DNA from: a virus
Lineage: Duplodnaviria; Heunggongvirae; Uroviricota; Caudoviricetes
Direction: 5' to 3' (one strand)
IMG/VR virus record: IMGVR_UViG_2585427785_000003
Length of the DNA: 4,789 nt
Part shown: piece after piece, positions 1-4,789 of the stretch
Layout: each line of letters opens with the position of its first letter
How positions within the stretch are numbered: the stretch's first letter is position 1
Program-made: the position numbers and the translations under genes
Notes under the pieces: generated by a model
The model's input: only the letters and a program-made list of their open reading frames with translations
Told to the model about the DNA's origin: nothing
Databases searched by the model: none

Positions 1-467
1 AACACATCAATGATGAACGCCACATAAACGAAGCCCTGCCATGTGCTGACGTAAGTAAAATCAGCCACCCACAGCTGGTCTGGTCGTTCTGCCACGAACT
101 GACGGTTTACGCGGTCGCCTGCGGCAACGGCTTTCCGGCTGATGGTCGTACGGACCTTTTTACCCCGGAGAACACCGGCAAGTCCCATAACCGCCATGAG
201 ACGTGCCACAGTGCATCTGGCCACTCTGATACCTTCCCGTAACAACTGACGCCAGACTTTACGCACACCGTATACCTTGTGATTTTCATCGTATACGCGC
301 TGTATCTCTTTCTTCAGCCAGTCATCGCGCTGCGCACGGGCACTGCGTTTATCAGGACGATGTCGCTGTTGCTGACAGTGGTAATACGTTGACGGGGCAA
401 TATGCAGTTCGCTGCATAGCGGTCCGCCCCCGTACTGCTCACGCAGCTTATCCAGCAGTGGCATCAT
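1..467 (-). CDS. IS3-family transposase OrfB (DDE integrase domain), N-terminal ~155 codons; 3' part lies outside the window
   Basis: The minus-strand frame starting ATGATG at 467-462 translates [155 protein letters not shown] with no stop down to position 1. It is in the -1 frame relative to orfA and overlaps the orfA stop, as in IS3-family orfAB arrangements. It is absent from the ORF track only because it runs off the window. Confidence 0.85.
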   Translation of the reverse strand, partial: MMPLLDKLREQYGGGPLCSELHIAPSTYYHCQQQRHRPDKRSARAQRDDWLKKEIQRVYDENHKVYGVRKVWRQLLREGIRVARCTVARLMAVMGLAGVLRGKKVRTTISRKAVAAGDRVNRQFVAERPDQLWVADFTYVSTWQGFVYVAFIIDV

Positions 468-790
468 TTTTTCCAGAGGCGGTCGAACTCCGCCTTCGCA
501 AAATAAGCGGAAGCCTGGCGAAGGATATCGTTACTGCGGCGCAGTTCACGATTTTCACGTTCCAGCTCTTTCAGACGCTGACGTTCAGCGGTGGTGAGCC
601 CGCCATCACCGCCTCCGGTATCCCGCTCATGCTGGCGTACCCAGACAAGCAGAGTCTCCGGTGTACAGCCAATCTTTGGGGCAATGGAACAAATTGCCGC
701 CCACTGTGAGTCATATTCGCCCTGACTTTCCAGAACCATACGGACTGCCCGTTGACGGACTTCGGGGGAAAAACGAGTATTTTTAGTCAT
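464..790 (-). CDS. IS3-family transposase OrfA (helix-turn-helix / leucine-zipper DNA-binding subunit), 108 aa
   Basis: The ORF-track protein [108 protein letters not shown] matches the IS629/IS1203 OrfA as I recall it. It ends LWKK-stop at an A6 run (plus-strand T-run 467-472) immediately overlapping the orfB ATG. Confidence 0.9.
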   Translation of the reverse strand: MTKNTRFSPEVRQRAVRMVLESQGEYDSQWAAICSIAPKIGCTPETLLVWVRQHERDTGGGDGGLTTAERQRLKELERENRELRRSNDILRQASAYFAKAEFDRLWKK

Positions 791-819
791 CCTGTTTACC
801 TCTTTCTCAGGAAGTTTAG

Positions 820-844
820 TCTCCAGGATCCCCGGGGCGGTTCA
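820..844. repeat. Terminal inverted repeat (IRL) of the IS element
   Basis: This is the terminal ~25 bp of the IS, ending ...GGGGCGGTTCA at 844 on the plus strand (TGAACCGCCCC... when read from the IS end inward). The exact IR length cannot be fixed because the opposite end is outside the window. Confidence 0.5.
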
Positions 845-923
845 AGTCTTATCTGCAGCATCAGTACTCCTTTAAGATTGAAAATCCTGCCAATAAGCAC
901 GAGCGTCCTCATCATAAATATCT

Positions 924-927
<4 letters not shown>
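845..927 (+). pseudogene. 3' remnant of a lambdoid class I holin (S) gene, interrupted by the IS insertion
   Basis: The frame ending in TGA at 925-927 (ATGA overlap with the endolysin start) translates ...SYLQHQYSFKIENPANKHERPHHKYL-stop. This resembles the charged C-terminal tail of lambda-type holins (recalled lambda S C-terminus ...[22 protein letters not shown]). The frame is cut by the IS end at 844, so the N-terminal transmembrane part is missing from this side of the IS. Confidence 0.5.
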
Positions 928-1951
<1,024 letters not shown>

Positions 1952-2133
1952 GGTAATATTAAATCGGAACATTTACATCGCGGAATGTAAAATTTAAATA
2001 AAAAGGACTCTTCCATGAGCCAAAATTCCTGAAATCTTAAGGGTAAGATAAAAGGTCTTAATCAGAATGACACGTTTTATTAATAAATAAAGCTATTCTT
2101 TCATTGCTGTGTTTTTCTTTACAAAAGTAATCC

Positions 2134-2162
2134 TTGCTATGGGTGGTTAATCATGCGTTAAT
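2134..2162 (+). promoter_or_regulatory. Candidate sigma70 promoter of the cold-shock gene (cspA-type): -35 TTGCTA 2134-2139, 17-bp spacer, extended -10 TGcGTTAAT 2154-2162; predicted TSS near 2169
   Basis: The hexamers and spacing are seen directly. The architecture parallels the cspA promoter as I recall it (TTGCAT, 17 bp, TGgCTTAAT), with an AT-rich UP-like tract upstream (2075-2130). The predicted TSS gives a 5' UTR of about 145 nt, in the range reported for cspA-family genes. A second candidate is the extended -10 TGtTATAAT at 2202-2210. Confidence 0.45.
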
Positions 2163-2168
2163 GGTGTT

Positions 2169-2313
2169 CTGGTTTGTTACAAATTTATCTGAAGCAGTCA
2201 TTGTTATAATTTTATTATTTGTACCTCTTGAGATTTCCTTGTTGGTTTTTCTCTCTGATATTTTTTTTCGGACCATTCTGCCCAAGGGCTAATTTCTTCA
2301 AAAGGTAATAATT
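2169..2313 (+). promoter_or_regulatory. cspA-type long 5' UTR with cold-box-like start (GGTTTGTTACAAATT...) and the conserved AAGG Shine-Dalgarno context
   Basis: The UTR begins ...GGTTTGTTACAAATTTATCTGAAGCAGTC, which aligns with the recalled cspA leader start ACGGTTTGACGTACAGACCATTAAAGCAGTG. The sequence immediately before the ATG, AAAAGGTAATAATTATG, resembles the cspA AAAGGTAATACACTATG. Confidence 0.45.
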
Positions 2314-2526
2314 ATGTCTAACAAAATGACTGGTTTAGTGAAATGGTTTAACCCTGAAAAAGGTTTTGGTTTCATCACGCCGAAAGATGGCAGCAAAGAT
2401 GTGTTTGTCCATTTCTCAGCAATTCAGAGCAACGATTTCAAAACATTAACTGAGAATCAGGAAGTTGAATTTGGTATTGAGAACGGACCTAAAGGTCCTG
2501 CCGCTGTTCATGTAGTGGCGCTTTGA
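2314..2526 (+). CDS. cspI: CspA-family cold-shock protein (CspI-like), 70 aa
   Basis: The ORF translation [70 protein letters not shown] contains the RNP1-like KGFGFI and RNP2-like VFVHF motifs of the cold-shock domain. It matches the prophage-borne CspI rather than CspA/B/G as I recall them. It has a strong SD (AAGG) and a long structured leader. Confidence 0.9.
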   Translation: MSNKMTGLVKWFNPEKGFGFITPKDGSKDVFVHFSAIQSNDFKTLTENQEVEFGIENGPKGPAAVHVVAL

Positions 2527-2536
2527 GGTAGACAAT

Positions 2537-2725
2537 ATTACAAACCATATTCACTTTAGATGCCCGTGTTGTCATGGTTCCCAGTATAGAACATCATCTT
2601 TTGATGTTTCTGACATGAATCCTTTCGGGGCAAAATGTATCTTTTGTAAATCAATGATGATTACATTTGATAATATTTCACAATACTTAAATGCCAGCCG
2701 TCTGTCGTTGGATTTAAAAAAGTGA
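2537..2725 (+). CDS. Candidate small Cys-rich (zinc-ribbon-like) protein; start codon uncertain (no in-frame ATG/GTG/TTG upstream of the first Cys pair; possible ATT start at 2537 with GAGG SD, or ATG at 2615 giving a 36-aa product)
   Basis: The frame is open from 2516 to the stop at 2723-2725 and reads ...ITNHIHFRCPCCHGSQYRTSSFDVSDMNPFGAKCIFCKSMMITFDNISQYLNASRLSLDLKK. The two Cys clusters (CPCC and CIFC) are about 25 residues apart. The ORF ends 5 nt before a strong intrinsic terminator. A GAGG sits 8 nt upstream of the ATT at 2537. A K-12 Qin prophage gene of this position (ynfN) is recalled from memory only; its sequence is not recalled. Confidence 0.3.
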   Translation: MTNHIHFRCPCCHGSQYRTSSFDVSDMNPFGAKCIFCKSMMITFDNISQYLNASRLSLDLKK

Positions 2726-2730
2726 AAATG

Positions 2731-2756
2731 AAGGCTCCTTCGGGAGCTTTTTTGCT
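2731..2756 (+). terminator. Rho-independent terminator: 8-bp stem (2731-2738 / 2743-2750) with UUCG tetraloop followed by a T-run
   Basis: AAGGCTCC-TTCG-GGAGCTTT followed by TTTGC, giving a GC-rich stem, a stable UUCG tetraloop and a run of 6 or more T. It lies directly after the small ORF and the cspI transcription unit. Confidence 0.7.
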
Positions 2757-2797
2757 TGGTGTCTATTCGATGGATACTCACATACTACGGTAACATC

Positions 2798-3028
2798 ATG
2801 AAAAAAATCATAGTTTTTTTTAACTCTGAACCAGCAGTGGTAGTGCCAGCGATGACTGGAGTTAACACCATCATGCGTGAATATCCAAATGGCGAAAAAA
2901 CACACCTTACTGTAATGGCCGCAGGGTTTCCATCTCTGACCGGAGATCATAAAGTCATTTATGTAGCCGCGGATCGACATGTTACTTCAGAAGAAATTCT
3001 GGAAGCAGCAATAAGGCTCTTGAGTTGA
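2798..3028 (+). CDS. Hypothetical 76-aa protein, YmcE-like (partner gene found upstream of gnsA/gnsB-type genes); alternative starts TTG 2756 / GTG 2759
   Basis: The ORF-track frame from the ATG at 2798 reads MKKIIVFFNSEPAVVVPAMTGVNTIMREYPNGEKTHLTVMAAGFPSLTGDHKVIYVAADRHVTSEEILEAAIRLLS. It lies immediately upstream of a gnsB-like gene, as ymcE does for gnsA in K-12 (recalled synteny and length, not sequence-verified). No good SD precedes the ATG, and the longer TTG/GTG-initiated version would overlap the upstream terminator. Confidence 0.45.
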   Translation: MKKIIVFFNSEPAVVVPAMTGVNTIMREYPNGEKTHLTVMAAGFPSLTGDHKVIYVAADRHVTSEEILEAAIRLLS

Positions 3029-3121
3029 TTTGATGCTATTGCATTGATAATTCAGGAAAATTCTCTTTGTCTGTTTGTGTAAAATTTAGACTATCGTATG
3101 TTGATTATTGCGATGTTTCAT

Positions 3122-3150
3122 CTTATCTTTTACACGTTTGCACCATATAA
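3122..3150 (+). promoter_or_regulatory. Candidate sigma70 promoter for the gnsB-like gene: perfect -10 TATAAT 3145-3150 with weak -35 TTATCT 3122-3127 (17-bp spacer)
   Basis: A consensus TATAAT lies about 50 bp upstream of the gnsB start codon and the -35 is weak. This is a sequence-only prediction. Confidence 0.35.
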
Positions 3151-3199
3151 TCGACTTACTGTGTAACTGGAAAGTCATAACAGACTAAAAGAGGAAATG

Positions 3200-3373
3200 A
3201 TGAATATTGAAAACTTAAAAACAAAAGCAGAAGCAGATATTTCTGAATATATAACAAAAAAAATTATTGAACTTAAGAAAAAGACCGGGAAAGAAGTTAC
3301 CAGTATTCAGTTTACCGCACGGGAAAAAATGACGGGTCTTGAAAGCTATGATGTCAAGATTAATTTAATCTGA
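3200..3373 (+). CDS. gnsB: GnsA/GnsB-family small protein (57 aa)
   Basis: The translation MNIENLKTKAEADISEYITKKIIELKKKTGKEVTSIQFTAREKMTGLESYDVKINLI closely resembles the recalled K-12 GnsA/GnsB sequences (MNIEELKKQAE...FTAREKMTGLESYDVKIKIM). A GAGG SD lies 5 nt upstream of the ATG at 3200; an ATG at 3197 is also in frame. It is missing from the ORF track because it is under 60 aa. Confidence 0.8.
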   Translation: MNIENLKTKAEADISEYITKKIIELKKKTGKEVTSIQFTAREKMTGLESYDVKINLI

Positions 3374-3400
3374 TGTATTCAATAATAAAATTTATCCATA

Positions 3401-3423
3401 AACCTCGTTTTTACGGGGTTTTG
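3401..3423 (+). terminator. Probable intrinsic terminator after the gnsB-like gene (stem 3401-3408 / 3413-3420, TTTT loop, followed by TTTTG)
   Basis: AACCTCGT-TTTT-ACGGGGTT then TTGTTAT; the stem includes one G-U pair and the U-tract is partly inside the stem, so it is of moderate strength. Confidence 0.4.
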
Positions 3424-3524
3424 TTATATTTGAATGGTTCCGAATATCTAAATCACAATTGTTGATGGTTTTTATTAAACCAATGCAGTCCGGCTCAGGA
3501 GTGAGAGAAGCCGGACGTTATGGT

Positions 3525-3935
3525 TTAGCGTGGTAAGATCTGTGTAGTTTTCTGGATGCTTTCAGTAAATAGTAATGAATTATCAAAGGTATAGTAATAT
3601 CTTTTTTGTTCGTGGATATTTGTAACCCACCGAAAAACTCCTGCTTTAGCAAGGTTTCTTCTGTATTCCTGAAATGTGATCTCTCTGGATTTCAGCTTAT
3701 TAGAGGTCGTTTCTATAAGATGCCTATCCTTTGAAAATTTGACAGACACAATGTTTTTTAGGCCCTTTAATAACACTGTATTATCATTTTTTAATACAAT
3801 ATGAACATTCTCTGTGGCTAAATAGTAAATGTAATGTGAGACATTGTGACGTTTTAGCTCAGAATAAAACCATTGATAGTTTAAATCGTTTCGAACTTTA
3901 TCAAATATTTGTTTAAAAATGACTACCTGATCCAT
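3525..3935 (-). CDS. ydfO: DUF1398-family protein (YdfO/YbcV-like), 136 aa from the second ATG; the ORF track's longer version starts at 3950
   Basis: The minus-strand ORF reads [145 protein letters not shown] (3948-3943) lies 7 nt upstream of the ATG at 3935, whereas the ATG at 3950 has no SD. The family assignment is from memory of prophage YdfO/YbcV proteins and their position next to gnsB in Qin-like prophages. Confidence 0.7.
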
Positions 3936-3992
3936 AGATAAACCTTCCATGTGATATGAGGGGGCGTAGTCTGCACGATTATCTAAATTGCT

Positions 3993-4226
3993 TCAATCTG
4001 GTCTGACCTGTTTTCTGAGCAATTCAGTAATGTCACTCTTTTCTTTGTTTGCTTCAGAAGAAACTCTTTTTTCTGAGCACAGTCTCCGGCGGCAGGCTTC
4101 AATGACCCAGGCTGAGAAATTCCCGGCCCCTTTTTGCTCAAGAGCGATGTTAATTTGTTCAATCATTTGGTTAGGAAAGCGGATGTTGCGGGTTGTTGTT
4201 CTGCGGGTTCTGTTCTTCGTTGACAT
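3993..4226 (-). CDS. Small ribbon-helix-helix-like (Arc/Mnt/CopG-type) putative DNA-binding protein, 77 aa; homolog of the conserved ORF found at the right end of phage lambda next to cos
   Basis: The ORF-track protein is MSTKNRTRRTTTRNIRFPNQMIEQINIALEQKGAGNFSAWVIEACRRRL.... It shows a basic N-terminal arm, a beta-strand-like RNIRFP, helix A, a G-x-G-N-x-S turn and helix B, which fits the RHH pattern (compare Arc ...QFNLRWPREVLDLVRKVAEENGRSVNSEIYQRVMESF). A nearly identical ORF is recalled in the lambda right arm on the complementary strand. Confidence 0.65.
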   Translation of the reverse strand: MSTKNRTRRTTTRNIRFPNQMIEQINIALEQKGAGNFSAWVIEACRRRLCSEKRVSSEANKEKSDITELLRKQVRPD

Positions 4227-4374
4227 GAGGTTGCCCCGTATTCAGTGTCGCTGATTTGTATTGTCTGAAGTTGTTTTTACGTTAAGTTGATGCAGATCAA
4301 TTAATACGATACCTGCGTCATAATTGATTATTTGACGTGGTTTGATGGCCTCCACGCACGTTGTGATATGTAGA

Positions 4375-4389
4375 TGATAATCATTATCA
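4375..4389. repeat. Perfect 15-bp palindrome TGATAATCATTATCA, nested in a larger inverted repeat GTGATA...TATCAC (4363-4390); Fur-box-like
   Basis: Seen directly. The 19-mer 4370-4388, GTAGATGATAATCATTATC, matches the Fur-box consensus GATAATGATAATCATTATC at 16 of 19 positions. Confidence 0.6.
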
Positions 4390-4394
4390 CTTTA

Positions 4395-4600
4395 CGGGTC
4401 CTTTCCGGTGATCCGACAGGTTACGGGGCGGCGACCTCGCGGGTTTTCGCTATTTATGAAAATTTTCCGGTTTAAGGTGTTTCCGTTCTTCTTCGTCGTA
4501 ACTTAATGTTTTTATTTAAAATACCCCCTGAAAAGAAAGGAAACGACAGGTGCTGAAAGCGGGCTTTTTGGCCTTTGTCGTTTCCTTTCTCTGTTTTTGT
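4395..4600. other. Lambda-type cohesive end site (cos): cosQ region about 4400-4424, cosN 12-nt overhang sequence GGGCGGCGACCT at 4425-4436, and cosB with terminase-binding R-sites R3 (4479-4490), R2 (4534-4549, inverted) and R1 (4576-4590)
   Basis: 4401-4436 reads TTTCCGGTGATCCGACAGGTTACG followed by GGGCGGCGACCT, which is the lambda right end joined to the lambda left cohesive end as I recall them. Downstream there are three copies of the CGTTTCC(G/T)TTCT R-element, one inverted, and the nu1 ATG is exactly 191 nt after the first cosN base, as in lambda. Confidence 0.85.
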
Positions 4601-4614
4601 CCGTGGAATGAACA

Positions 4615-4789
4615 ATGGAAGTCAACAAAAAGCAGCTGGCTGACATTTTCGGTGCGAGTATCCGTACCATTCAGAACTGGCAGGAACAGGGAATGCCCGT
4701 TCTGCGAGGCGGTGGCAAGGGTAATGAGGTGCTTTATGATTCTGCCGCCGTCATAAAATGGTATGCCGAAAGGGATGCTGAAATTGAGA
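4615..4789 (+). CDS. nu1: Terminase small subunit Nu1 (DNA-packaging protein), N-terminal 58 codons; continues beyond the window
   Basis: The translation MEVNKKQLADIFGASIRTIQNWQEQGMPVLRGGGKGNEVLYDSAAVIKWYAERDAEIE matches the lambda Nu1 N-terminus (winged-helix DNA-binding domain). It is absent from the ORF track because there is no stop within the window; the overlapping track ORF 4550-4756 is in another frame. Confidence 0.9.
   Translation, partial: MEVNKKQLADIFGASIRTIQNWQEQGMPVLRGGGKGNEVLYDSAAVIKWYAERDAEIE

Larger units (their letters stand above)
1..844 (-). mobile_element. IS3-family insertion sequence, IS629/IS1203-like, left portion only (continues beyond window start); left end at 844
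   Basis: The reverse complement of 795-844 reads TGAACCGCCCCGGGGATCCTGGAGACTAAACTTCC..., a typical IS3-family terminal inverted repeat starting with TGA, followed about 55 bp later by the orfA start. OrfA and OrfB translations match my recollection of IS629 transposase proteins. The element is truncated by the window edge, so the other end and any target-site duplication are not visible. Confidence 0.85.

Noticed and set aside
107-289. Minus-strand 60-aa ORF inside the IS
   Set aside because: It is an alternative frame of the same strand region that encodes transposase OrfB; the OrfB frame gives the recognisable DDE-transposase translation, this frame does not.
389-709. Plus-strand 106-aa ORF (TTG start)
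   Set aside because: It is antisense to the IS transposase orfA/orfB, has no recognisable domain, and uses a TTG start without an SD.
1972-1995. AT-rich hairpin after the Rz stop (stem 1972-1978 / 1985-1991) as a possible late-operon terminator
   Set aside because: The stem is almost entirely A-T with one G-C pair and is followed by an A-rich rather than T-rich tract, which is too weak to call.
2756-2797. TTG/GTG-initiated 5' extension of the 76-aa ORF (the 90-aa version in the ORF track)
   Set aside because: The extension would start within the terminator U-tract and adds a non-conserved-looking N-terminus; the ATG at 2798 is preferred, although the start remains uncertain.
2572-2980. Minus-strand ORFs 2572-2781 (69 aa) and 2714-2980 (88 aa)
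   Set aside because: They are antisense to the Cys-rich ORF / terminator and to the YmcE-like ORF, with no SD and no recognisable motif; the plus-strand interpretation fits the synteny with gnsB.
3936-3950. Upstream ATG (3950) for the DUF1398 gene, as in the 141-aa track ORF
   Set aside because: There is no SD upstream of 3950, whereas GGAAGG sits 7 nt before the ATG at 3935; the shorter 136-aa form is preferred.
3988-4254. Plus-strand 88-aa ORF
   Set aside because: It is antisense to the RHH gene, which has the recognisable fold signature and a lambda homolog.
4550-4756. Plus-strand 68-aa ORF (GTG start)
   Set aside because: It overlaps cosB and nu1 out of frame; the nu1 frame gives the exact lambda Nu1 N-terminus.

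Overview
This window reads as the right-end to left-end junction of a lambda-like (cos-packaging) prophage of E. coli, interrupted at its left edge by an insertion sequence. Coordinates 1-844 are the left part of an IS3-family element (IS629/IS1203-like, transposase on the minus strand) inserted into the phage holin gene, leaving only the holin 3' end (845-927). An apparently intact endolysin (924-1457) and an Rz/Rz1 spanin pair (1454-1951, with Rz1 embedded) follow. Next is a moron-like cassette: a cspA-family cold-shock gene (CspI-like, 2314-2526) with its own cspA-type promoter and long 5' UTR, a small Cys-rich ORF ending at a strong terminator, a 76-aa YmcE-like ORF, and a gnsB-like gene (3200-3373). 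On the minus strand lie a DUF1398/YdfO-like gene (3525-3935) and a ribbon-helix-helix-like small protein gene (3993-4226). The window ends with a lambda-type cos site (cosN overhang 4425-4436, cosB R-sites) and the 5' end of the terminase small subunit gene nu1 (4615 onwards). All identifications come from reading and translating the sequence and from recalled family knowledge; no database search was run. I did not find a clearly novel system; the best candidates for follow-up are the Cys-rich ORF lacking a canonical start, the YmcE-like/GnsB-like pair, the RHH plus DUF1398 pair, and a Fur-box-like palindrome next to cosQ.
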